IMG/VR virus record: IMGVR_UViG_3300044695_006482
Span: 7,968-71,967 of that record
Length of the DNA: 64,000 bases
Strand: one strand, 5' to 3'
DNA from: a virus
The notes beneath the pieces are model-generated. The model was not told where the DNA came from. It saw only the letters and a list, made by a program, of their open reading frames with translations, and made no database searches. The position numbers and the translations under genes are program-made. Shown piece by piece: positions 55,214-64,000 of the stretch; position 1 is the first letter of the stretch, and every line of letters begins with the position of its first letter.

Positions 55214-56310
55214 TGGCGATTCTTGGTGTCGGAGGAAGGCTTCGGCTCAAGCGTGAAGCACCGGAACCGACCGTCCTCCGCCCCGGCAACGTCCACGTCG
55301 GCAGTCGGTCGATCTACATGCGCAACCCAGCGTTCTGGTCAGGCGACCAGATCACGCTGAGCTGCGCCAACGGGCTGCCCCTCGACACGAGCACGAATGG
55401 ACCTGACTGCCCCGATGGGTTCTCGATGTTCTTCGGCGGCGACTGGACACTGGGGTCAAACCGCAGCCATGTCACCAGTGACACAGGCAATTTCTATAGT
55501 GCAACTGATACTATTCAGTTCTATATGCGGCCAGAAGAGTGTGGGCTAACTCAGACCGCAACATACTTTATTTACAGAGATCAACTGGATCGCATCAGCT
55601 TTTACACGACGCGCTCGGCTGCCCTGAACGGCCAAACAGCAAATCGGATACCACTCTTTAGGGTTGACTTCAACGCACTCATTGTCTCCGCTACGGGAAC
55701 CGCCGAGTACGAAAGCGCGATTGCAACGTGCTCAACTGATATAGGCGACTACTACTTCAGTGATTCACAGGACGAAGTAACACTGGCCTCGATCTGTGAC
55801 TTTGCCCCTGATTACACGAGCCCGCCCGCCTGGATCACCGAGTACGACAACGCGGATCTGACGCCGCGCTACTACATCAATGCAGGGGGGACCGGCGCAC
55901 TGTGGATGATCCAGGCCGATCTGCAGAGCTGGTCACTCACGCTCAATGCCCCCGAGGTCGACACAACAGCAGTAGGCGAAAAGTTCGGTGATGCTGTAAA
56001 GAGCATTGTCAACGGAGGCGGGTCACTTGACTTCCTAGTTGATCGTAAAGATTTTACGACTGGTAGTGACTCGACCGGTCTAATGCAGCTGCTACTACTC
56101 ACAGAAAAGGGCTGCAAAGCTGAAGCTGAGTTTTGGATGCTTGTTAACAGGCCCACGAACCAAGGCACCTTGTTGCCTGGCGATCTGTACTACACAGCAG
56201 AGATACTGGTGACATCATCAGCAATAAATGTCAGGCCCGATGAAATTATTGCTGGCTCTGCTGATTTTGTTACTGTCGGTGAAATCGCCCTGCGAATGGG
56301 GCCAAACTAG
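55213..56310 (+). CDS. Structural protein with C-terminal tail-tube-like domain
   Basis: WSLTL...EVDTTAVGEKF...GGGSLDF...DFVTVGEI.L. Confidence 0.65.
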   Translation: MAILGVGGRLRLKREAPEPTVLRPGNVHVGSRSIYMRNPAFWSGDQITLSCANGLPLDTSTNGPDCPDGFSMFFGGDWTLGSNRSHVTSDTGNFYSATDTIQFYMRPEECGLTQTATYFIYRDQLDRISFYTTRSAALNGQTANRIPLFRVDFNALIVSATGTAEYESAIATCSTDIGDYYFSDSQDEVTLASICDFAPDYTSPPAWITEYDNADLTPRYYINAGGTGALWMIQADLQSWSLTLNAPEVDTTAVGEKFGDAVKSIVNGGGSLDFLVDRKDFTTGSDSTGLMQLLLLTEKGCKAEAEFWMLVNRPTNQGTLLPGDLYYTAEILVTSSAINVRPDEIIAGSADFVTVGEIALRMGPN

Positions 56311-56357
56311 ATTCGCCTGACGTCGCTAGTCTTGCTTCAGACTGCTGCGTTGTTGTT

Positions 56358-59300
56358 GTGGCGAAGATTGTCCGTGGTGGCCAAAGCGGCGCTGCCGATC
56401 ACATCAATTCGTCCCAGGCAACCTTCCGTGCGCAGATCTCCGCCATCACTGACGCACTGCGCCAGATGGGCGGAAACCCCGAGATCGGCTCAGGGGCCCT
56501 CGTCAATGACCCACTGTCTGCGCCGTACGTTCTCTACGTCAATCCGTACACAGGTAAAGACACATTTGTAGGCGGTAGCTATAGCACGAGTGGTACTGCT
56601 ACTGAGCGCATCGAACTGCAGCGCCTTGAATGCGGCTATTCAGAAGCACGCCCATTCAGAACAATTAACAGAGCTATTATTGAAGCAGGCATCATAACAG
56701 CCAAGAGTTTCTACACCCAGCCACTTACCAGCACCGATCTGGTCTCGATTATGCTGGCCCCGGGTGCCTGCACCCTACTTAATGGCACGGGTGCCGCATC
56801 AGTTACTGAATGGGCAAGCAATAAAAACCCCACCGACGCAGAACTGCAGCAGTTCAACCCCCAAGCAACGGGCGGGATCCTGCTGCCCCGCGGTGTCAGC
56901 CTCTGCTCGCTCGATCTGCGCAAGACCATCTTCCGGCCTGACGTGGTGCCGGCTGTGGCCGACGAAGCGTCGGACCGCTCGAACAGGCGCGAGATCTTCA
57001 AGGTCACCGGCACCGGTTACTACTACGGCTTCACCTTCATGGACAAGGCGGGAAGCACCGCCAGCCACCATCTGCTGAGCTGCTTTGGCTTTGCCAGCCA
57101 AGCCGAGCTCGACGAGTTCTACGCCAAGATCCGGCAAGCGTTCGGTGGCACGAATAACACCGGCGGCCTGAACCTCGCCTTTGCTGTTACAAACACCGCT
57201 GAGTACCAGATTGTTGGACCCGCACCAGCCGCGGGTTCACAAACGATCGCGACAGACACTACAGACTCAGCTTCCCCCTACATCTTCAACTGCTCTATTC
57301 GCTCCAAGTACGGCCTCTGCGGGATCTACGCAGACGGTGCTAAGCCAACAGGTTTCAAGAGCATCGTCACCGCCCAGTTCACTGGGGTCTCGAAGCAACG
57401 TGATCTGACCTGCTGGCAACGATACGTCAGTGGTAACTGGGCGAGCATGGAGCTCGACACCTACGCCACATACATCAGCACCAATCCCGACGATGTGCGT
57501 ATGAACCCTGCGCGGCGGTCGTTCCACGTGCGCGCAGTCAATGGTGCGTTCATTCAGGAGGTCAGCGTTTTTGCTATCGGCCAAGGCGTCCACCACTGGG
57601 TCCAAGCAGGCGGCGAGATCATCAGCAACGGCGGATTCAGCAACTTCGGTGGGGTGGCCGGCCTCGCCGAGGGCTACCGCACCTCGAGCTTCCCGACGGA
57701 TGTCGACTGGACGATCAATCGCATCAAAGTTGCGAACAATCTGACAGCAGTAAGCAACAACGTCAAACGCATTTATCTAGGCACGGTGACGGCTGTCACC
57801 AGTACCACCATCACGCTAGAAACCGCACTCGGGGATTCGCTGACTGTCCCTGGTGTTCCTGATCTGGTCGCACGCGACGGCTACACGCTGCGCCAGAACA
57901 GCTATGTGTGGGTCGAAAACCCGCTGGGCGATGACTGGCGCGCTCCCTTCACGAGCACGGCATGGAGCTCAGGAACCCCCGCGCAGCTGAACATCACGAC
58001 AGCGCTGACTGATCCTAGTAGCGTTGCTGTCCCCATCACAAGTGGAGCTAGCGAAGCAATTGGTAAACGCGTTTATATCCGCCGTCTCGTTGACACTCGC
58101 ACTCCTGCACAGCGACGCTACACGCTAAAGCTGAACAATACTAACCAGCTTGCCCGCACACCTGTTCGGGATTACGTGCTGCAGGTCAAAACAGGCGGGG
58201 CGCCTATCGTCAGTGAAATTCCGACCACCAGCGTACTTATTGTTAACAACACAGCCAACATTCGCCCGAACGGAGTCGCCTTCTCTGCTGAGATCACGTT
58301 GCGGCGGGGCAACTCCGCTGTTACCTGGGCAAGCGGCGTCAGCTACATGCAAGGTGAAACCGTCAAACGCAACAACAAACACTACACCTGCATCGAAGCC
58401 AATGCCGACGTAACTTTTGACGCCTTCAAGTGGCAGGAAAGCTACGTGCACATGGCCTCGGACTTTAACCCCGAGGACTTTTACAAGAACGAAGCACCAA
58501 TTCTCACTTTCGACAACGACACTGACGGCGCTGACGCGTCCACCACGCTCGGCTATAACCTCACCACGCTGTGGAACACTGATGCCCTGGTGCAGGCGCA
58601 GTACCGGGCTGCCACCGACTACCGGGCGATCCACCTGTTGCTGACTGCCCTCGGTTTCAGCAGCGTGCAGGCCCACACCATCCTCATCCCCCGCGTTGAG
58701 GCATCCCGAGAGCTCAATCCAGCCACCAGTGGTGACATGGGCGGCTTTGTGCCGAATGGGGCAGCAAACGCGATCGGCAACTGGCCGATTCAGTTCCGCC
58801 GTCCGTCGTTCATGCAGCTGCTCACCCACAACTGGGCCTGGAGTGGTTTCTTGAACTACACCAAGAGCCTGCCGCAATACCAGCGACAGCTATCAGCGCA
58901 GAATAAGTTCACGTATTATTTTACGAATGCGGATGGTGGACGAGTCTATCCGACCGGATTTAACGAAGAAGGTTATCAAGTCACACCTCGTGGCATTGAA
59001 GATCTAGCAACAGGCCAGACCCTTACTGTTGAGAACCTCGGCTCAAACGATCTAACGCTGCCTGAACCTCAGACAGCATTCGATTCGCTGAGCGCCACCA
59101 ATCTATCTGCGGGTGCAATTACTGTTTCTGGTGTTGCGACGTTGAACGGCAACACTGCACTGAACGGCAATGTGAGTATGAACAATACTGCGCGAGCATC
59201 ACTTGCCGCCTCTACCACACAAGCCGGTCTTGTTGAACTAGCTACTGCGGCAGAAGCAGCCTCAGGTCAGTCGCAAACTGTAGCTGTAACACCGATCGGG

Positions 59301-60914
59301 TTGAGCCAGTGGGCAAACAGTAAGAAAGTCGCGTTTCGAACTACCGCCAACCAACGTGTCTACATCGGCACATGGGATGGTGTAGCTCCTGTAAGCTTTG
59401 ACTCGACATATCGTAGCAACTACTGGCCTGCACCTTCGGGTGTTATCGATGGCAACGCTCCAGATGGAGTGACATTTAAGCCATTCGCAACTCTTGGTGA
59501 TGCAGCGGCGTGGGCCAATGAGTATCTAGGAACAGAACAGCTGGCTCAATTAGTGATGAAGCCCGGCTTCTATCAAATTACTGACGTTGAGTTTAAGTGC
59601 AGAATTCAGATAAATGGTGCACATACCGGCACGACAGGAGCGCTTACAGGCGGCGAAATCGGGGACTACGACATTAGCAATCCCGGCAACAGCATAATGC
59701 TCTACAGCGTCCCATATATTCAATCGTACTACGCCCCCGGCTCCACAACACCTTACGTTGATTCTGGTAGCGGCATGCTGCTCTCCAACGGAGGGGATAT
59801 TCGCCGCGTGCATTTTATTAGTGTTGACATGACACTCGGCGCGACACAAATTCCAGACAGCGCTTTCCCATATGGCTCCGCAGTACGCACAACAACTGTA
59901 AAAGCAGCGGCAGGAAATAGGATGAAAGAATGGGTCGCCGCTTTCATAGCCTACTACAGATCGTTTAACTCTACATACCCCATAACACCCGGCGGGATTG
60001 TGTGTTTTAGTAGAGGGTTAATTACCATTAAAAAAGGCGACAGTCTTTTGTGGGAGTGCACTTTAGGCGCAAGAGGCCCCTGGCAGTCACTGAATCCAGG
60101 TAGTGTGCCGGGAGTTGGATACATCACAGTCCAGGATGCCAGACTTACGATAGGGGGGCTACGACTACGAGGAAACGAATACTGGGATTTCACAAGTATT
60201 ATCGTGGGTGCACCAAAAGTCTCAGGGTGGTGCGCTTCACTAATTTATTGCCTTGGGAATGTAAATTTAGCTTCATTTGGATCTTACACAGGCGATCTAC
60301 CAAGTCCCGGCCTGAACTATAATCTCGACTCGAATAATGTTCACTTCGAGCGGACACACTACGGTTCAGATAGCCGCAACGGAGGGACTAATCCCGCTAC
60401 TTCAATTGCGGCTGCGGCTGGTTCAACAGACCCAGGTAACCCGTGGGCGGCGGGCGAAGATGCTACCACTCGAACCGCCAGGGGGCCTCAGTTGTATTGC
60501 ATGCTGTATGCACCACTTGGGGCGACAATAAACTTCCCATCTTATACTTTCTGGTCTCGTAATGGCACCGCAAATACGGCGTCGCGATCTGGCTTCAAGG
60601 GAAAGCTAGGCTCAATAGGCGTTACATACTTCGCTGGGATCACTCAACCACTTTTTACTCTGGCGTCAAAAGCCACGATCAAGTACTTGTATCAGTACGA
60701 CACTACTCCTATTCAAGAAGCAGGAGTGGCTGACGGCGCCAACTGGACCACGGCGGCAACAGCTCTCGACTGGGGCGACACGGCCTATGTCACAGCAAAT
60801 GTGAGCGTACAAACAAGCTTGAATCTTGCCGCGATCCGCAGTAAAGGTGGTATCTACTACAAAATAGGTACTACGATCCAAACCATTAACGGCAACAACG
60901 AACTGACCATCTAA
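56358..60914 (+). CDS. Large tail fibre/spike protein (start is probably the GTG at 56358)
   Basis: LYVNP..G.D, RPFRTINRA, CBM-like W.SG.SY..G..V....Y.C, ASTTQAGLVELAT fibre motif. Confidence 0.8.
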   Translation: MAKIVRGGQSGAADHINSSQATFRAQISAITDALRQMGGNPEIGSGALVNDPLSAPYVLYVNPYTGKDTFVGGSYSTSGTATERIELQRLECGYSEARPFRTINRAIIEAGIITAKSFYTQPLTSTDLVSIMLAPGACTLLNGTGAASVTEWASNKNPTDAELQQFNPQATGGILLPRGVSLCSLDLRKTIFRPDVVPAVADEASDRSNRREIFKVTGTGYYYGFTFMDKAGSTASHHLLSCFGFASQAELDEFYAKIRQAFGGTNNTGGLNLAFAVTNTAEYQIVGPAPAAGSQTIATDTTDSASPYIFNCSIRSKYGLCGIYADGAKPTGFKSIVTAQFTGVSKQRDLTCWQRYVSGNWASMELDTYATYISTNPDDVRMNPARRSFHVRAVNGAFIQEVSVFAIGQGVHHWVQAGGEIISNGGFSNFGGVAGLAEGYRTSSFPTDVDWTINRIKVANNLTAVSNNVKRIYLGTVTAVTSTTITLETALGDSLTVPGVPDLVARDGYTLRQNSYVWVENPLGDDWRAPFTSTAWSSGTPAQLNITTALTDPSSVAVPITSGASEAIGKRVYIRRLVDTRTPAQRRYTLKLNNTNQLARTPVRDYVLQVKTGGAPIVSEIPTTSVLIVNNTANIRPNGVAFSAEITLRRGNSAVTWASGVSYMQGETVKRNNKHYTCIEANADVTFDAFKWQESYVHMASDFNPEDFYKNEAPILTFDNDTDGADASTTLGYNLTTLWNTDALVQAQYRAATDYRAIHLLLTALGFSSVQAHTILIPRVEASRELNPATSGDMGGFVPNGAANAIGNWPIQFRRPSFMQLLTHNWAWSGFLNYTKSLPQYQRQLSAQNKFTYYFTNADGGRVYPTGFNEEGYQVTPRGIEDLATGQTLTVENLGSNDLTLPEPQTAFDSLSATNLSAGAITVSGVATLNGNTALNGNVSMNNTARASLAASTTQAGLVELATAAEAASGQSQTVAVTPIGLSQWANSKKVAFRTTANQRVYIGTWDGVAPVSFDSTYRSNYWPAPSGVIDGNAPDGVTFKPFATLGDAAAWANEYLGTEQLAQLVMKPGFYQITDVEFKCRIQINGAHTGTTGALTGGEIGDYDISNPGNSIMLYSVPYIQSYYAPGSTTPYVDSGSGMLLSNGGDIRRVHFISVDMTLGATQIPDSAFPYGSAVRTTTVKAAAGNRMKEWVAAFIAYYRSFNSTYPITPGGIVCFSRGLITIKKGDSLLWECTLGARGPWQSLNPGSVPGVGYITVQDARLTIGGLRLRGNEYWDFTSIIVGAPKVSGWCASLIYCLGNVNLASFGSYTGDLPSPGLNYNLDSNNVHFERTHYGSDSRNGGTNPATSIAAAAGSTDPGNPWAAGEDATTRTARGPQLYCMLYAPLGATINFPSYTFWSRNGTANTASRSGFKGKLGSIGVTYFAGITQPLFTLASKATIKYLYQYDTTPIQEAGVADGANWTTAATALDWGDTAYVTANVSVQTSLNLAAIRSKGGIYYKIGTTIQTINGNNELTI

Positions 60915-60919
60915 GCATC

Positions 60920-61099
60920 ATGACATCGATCATCCGCGCCCACCGCCACCCTTCCGGCTACATCGAGGTTTACCTCTCGTCCGAGCCCGACTTCCCGCAA
61001 TACGCCAACCCCACCAGCGGCACTGGATGGCTGGATCGAGCACTCGCCCAGTGGCTCGCCGAAGGCCATGAGCTGACGCCACTCCCCGCGCCCGAGTAA
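60920..61099 (+). CDS. Small tail-fibre-associated protein (59 aa)
   Basis: ...LAQWLAEGHELTP..., a pattern typical of genes after fibre genes. Confidence 0.6.
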   Translation: MTSIIRAHRHPSGYIEVYLSSEPDFPQYANPTSGTGWLDRALAQWLAEGHELTPLPAPE

Positions 61100-61166
61100 G
61101 CGTTAACCAGCGCCATCGCTACATTGCGCCTAGCCGGTATGGCTACCCGAGAGCGGAGGTATTCCG

Positions 61167-64000
61167 ATGGCGCTACAGCACATCCTCAAGAACTCCGCTG
61201 TCAGCGGCAAAGAACCAACTGCGTCGCAGCTAGCTAATGGCGAGATCGCCCTTAACTACCACGTTGACGGTCCATTCCTCACTTGTAAAGACACCAGCGG
61301 TGCGATAAGACGCATCACCGGTGTCTGGATCAGCGCCACATCCCCGAGCACACCTACACCCGGTGAATTCTGGCTCGACCTTTCAGTAACGCCAGCGCAG
61401 CTCAAGATCTACAAAGACACCACAGATACCTGGATTCAAACCTACACAGTTGCCATCGCATCAACCACAGTCTCCGGCATTGTCGAGCTCGCGACCGATG
61501 CTGAGACCATCACCGGTGCGGACGCACTTCGAGCTGTAACGCCAGCCTCGCTCCAGGCCAAGCTCAGCGATTCGACCGGCCTGGCCAACAGCGCGCGCAT
61601 CGCCAGCAGTACAGCCGTCAAAAGCGCGTATGACTTAGCTGACGCAGCACTACCACGTACCGGTGGGACGATCACTGGAGCTGTTCAGTTCGCTCTCGGT
61701 GCTGCTGCTACACCCAGTATCACCTTCACCGGCGATACAAACACGGGGCTCTTCTCCCCGAGCGCGGACCAGCTGTCGGTCACGACGGGCGGTACTGAGC
61801 GGCTGCGCATTGACGCTGCTGGCCAGATTGAGGCTGTCAGCCTCGGCACTGCTGCGGCACCGGCGTGGAGCTTCGTAAGCGACCCCAACACCGGCCTCTA
61901 CAGCCCCGGCGCCGACCTACTGGCTCTGAGCACCGCTGGTGCCGAACGCCTCCGCATCGACAGCTCCGGCCGGCTCTTAGTTGGCACGTCTACGACTCGT
62001 AGTGTTGGTTCCGTTACGCCCGCATTTCAGGTAGAGGGGACCAGTTTCAATACTGCGTCTATGCATTTAGCTATCAACGCAAATGATACTCAGCCTTCTT
62101 ATTTAACATTTGCTAAAACCCGAGGAACAGCTCTTGGGCAAAATACTATTGTTCAATCCGGTGACAATCTCGGAATTATAAGGTTTTACGGAGCAGATGG
62201 TACAACTTTAGTTCATGGTGCATCTATTGTCGCCCTAGTAGACGGCACCCCCGGCGTTAACGACATGCCGGGCCGCCTGGTCTTCTCCACCACCGCCGAT
62301 GGCGCGAGCACCCCGACGGAGAGGCTACGCATCGACAGCGCCGGCCGCGTGGGAATTGGGACGACTAGTCCTGCCACGCAGCTACATGTTTTGGGTACGG
62401 GCACACAAACATTTCGTATTTCAAATACATCCCTTGGTTCAAATGCGTCCCCAGAACTGACCCAAATTGTTTTTACCGGTTTTAATGACACAGTAAAAGC
62501 AAGCGTAGAAGCAGAAGATAAATCTCTTAATTTTACTGGTGGTTGGCTAAATCTAAAAACAACAGACAGCAGCGGGGTTCTTCAAACTGCATTGCATATT
62601 GATCGCGAACAGCGAGTCGGTATTGGGACGAGTAGTCCTGCGGCACGGCTCCACGTGTTTGGTGGTGCAGAAGGACTACGCGTAGAGACATCAGCCTCTA
62701 GCGAGGGTTACATTCGTTTTGTGAACACAAGCGGCTCAATGTCAATCGGCATGAGCGGATCAGTTGGAAACAACTTATTGATTTATGATCGAACTAACAA
62801 TCAAGCTGTATATGCATACGCTGGAGGCGCTAGTGGCTATCATGGCTGGTCCACAAACAACATTGAACGCCTCCGCATCGACAGCGCTGGCCGCGTGGGG
62901 ATTGGGACGAGTAGCCCTAGCCTTGGATTGCTGGAAGTATCAAGTACTAATGGCGTTACGCTAGCAATTAAAAATACATCAGGAACTGCAGTAGGCAATG
63001 AGTTTTGCCAGCTTACGTTTAACAACACAAGCAATAGTGCTACAAATTTTGAATCAGCAAAAATTAAAGCTATCTCCACAAACGGTGGATCTAACCTTGC
63101 TCATCTAACCTTTGAAAATAGCGGCACCGAGCGCCTCCGCATCGACAGCTCCGGCAACGTGGGGATTGGGACGACTACTGCTGGAGCTAGGCTGCAAGTT
63201 AATGCACCTACAACATCAAGGGTATATACATCCAGTGTTTTGGATTTTTCAAACATACATTTAGAAGGCATTACTGCAAGTACTACAACATCAGCATTAA
63301 CGTTTAGTTCTGGTAATGGGGGTGGAGCTGCTGTAGCATTTAGCCGAGACAATGCTTTTGGGACATTTATTGGATTTTGGACCAATTCAGCCGCTAGCGC
63401 CAACGCTGCCACCGAACGCCTTCGCATCGACAACTCCGGCCGCGTAGGGATTGGGACGAGTAGTCCTGGCTACAAGCTTGAAGTATTTGGCACATCAAAC
63501 GCAAACGAAATTCGCTCCAGCGATGGAACTACTATTGGCCAGTGGTATCAAGACAGTGGTGGAATTTCCATTTTTGGTACTGTTAGTAATCACCCGCTTG
63601 CGTTTAGAACCAACTCAAGCGAGCGAATGCGGATTGACAGCTCCGGCCGGCTGCTGGTGGGGACGAGTACTAGCATCAACAACTTGCTAGATGCAGCAGT
63701 TCAGATTGCTGGAACGAGCACCGACTCGTATTTGTCAGTTACGCGTTTTAGCTCTGTTGCAGGAGACCCTGCGGGTATTATTCTTGGACGATCCAAGTCT
63801 GCTACTAAAGGGGTTAATACCGCTGTTAGCAATGGGGATTATTTAGGCGCCATTAGCTTTTCTGGAGCAAATGGAACGTCATACACCCAGGCTGCATCTA
63901 TTGGTGCAGAAGTTGACGGTGCTGTAACCGGTGGAGGCGCAGGCGACATGCCAGGTCGCCTGGTCTTCTCCACCACCGCCGACGGAGCGAGCAGTCCGAC
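61167..64000 (+). CDS. Long tail fibre protein, truncated by the window end
   Basis: GGAGGT SD; MALQHILKNS...LANGEIALNY; repeated ERLRIDSSGRVGIGT units; same frame at 63960. Missing from the ORF track, consistent with no stop in the window. Confidence 0.88.
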   Translation, partial: MALQHILKNSAVSGKEPTASQLANGEIALNYHVDGPFLTCKDTSGAIRRITGVWISATSPSTPTPGEFWLDLSVTPAQLKIYKDTTDTWIQTYTVAIASTTVSGIVELATDAETITGADALRAVTPASLQAKLSDSTGLANSARIASSTAVKSAYDLADAALPRTGGTITGAVQFALGAAATPSITFTGDTNTGLFSPSADQLSVTTGGTERLRIDAAGQIEAVSLGTAAAPAWSFVSDPNTGLYSPGADLLALSTAGAERLRIDSSGRLLVGTSTTRSVGSVTPAFQVEGTSFNTASMHLAINANDTQPSYLTFAKTRGTALGQNTIVQSGDNLGIIRFYGADGTTLVHGASIVALVDGTPGVNDMPGRLVFSTTADGASTPTERLRIDSAGRVGIGTTSPATQLHVLGTGTQTFRISNTSLGSNASPELTQIVFTGFNDTVKASVEAEDKSLNFTGGWLNLKTTDSSGVLQTALHIDREQRVGIGTSSPAARLHVFGGAEGLRVETSASSEGYIRFVNTSGSMSIGMSGSVGNNLLIYDRTNNQAVYAYAGGASGYHGWSTNNIERLRIDSAGRVGIGTSSPSLGLLEVSSTNGVTLAIKNTSGTAVGNEFCQLTFNNTSNSATNFESAKIKAISTNGGSNLAHLTFENSGTERLRIDSSGNVGIGTTTAGARLQVNAPTTSRVYTSSVLDFSNIHLEGITASTTTSALTFSSGNGGGAAVAFSRDNAFGTFIGFWTNSAASANAATERLRIDNSGRVGIGTSSPGYKLEVFGTSNANEIRSSDGTTIGQWYQDSGGISIFGTVSNHPLAFRTNSSERMRIDSSGRLLVGTSTSINNLLDAAVQIAGTSTDSYLSVTRFSSVAGDPAGIILGRSKSATKGVNTAVSNGDYLGAISFSGANGTSYTQAASIGAEVDGAVTGGGAGDMPGRLVFSTTADGASSP

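Larger units (their letters stand above)
32..64000. mobile_element. Temperate siphovirus genome/prophage of a cyanobacterium; right end not in window
   Basis: att site and integrase, then replication, early, packaging, head and non-contractile tail modules in canonical order. No host housekeeping operons. Confidence 0.93.

Noticed and set aside
61167-64000. Diversity-generating retroelement acting on the fibre repeats
   Set aside because: There is no reverse transcriptase in the window, and differences between repeats are not adenine-specific.

Overview
The window is about 64 kb of a GC-rich temperate siphovirus, either a prophage left arm or a free phage genome. The host is most likely a picocyanobacterium (Synechococcus/Cyanobium-like), inferred from a cyAbrB gene, a group-2-like sigma factor, a cyanobacterial tRNA-Pro att core and cyanophage-type tail genes. 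Left to right it carries: a tRNA-Pro(GGG) 5' half as att core; tyrosine integrase and Xis-like gene; cyAbrB; family A DNA polymerase; primase-helicase; SSB, exonuclease, dNMP kinase, ThyX and a sigma70 factor; a ~1.1 kb non-coding region; ~11 kb of small early genes including a Csx16-like gene; terminases, tRNA(CAT) and HNH; portal; an unusual head-cargo cluster around MuF; protease/scaffold and capsid; the tail operon with a canonical -1 frameshift; tape measure; tail tip; and tail fibres, the last truncated by the window end. There are two leading candidates for novelty. (1) Four genes between portal and prohead protease are built from a repeated module, R-x-D, then C-G-x3-I-x5-C, then a hydrophobic helix and a variable cargo (one cargo is an LRAT-like enzyme). 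R-x-D also marks domain boundaries in portal, scaffold and capsid, which suggests a protease-processed, capsid-loaded effector system. (2) A ~650 nt stretch bounded by a promoter and a terminator is densely base-paired and looks like a large non-coding RNA. All family assignments come from motif recognition by eye, not database searches.
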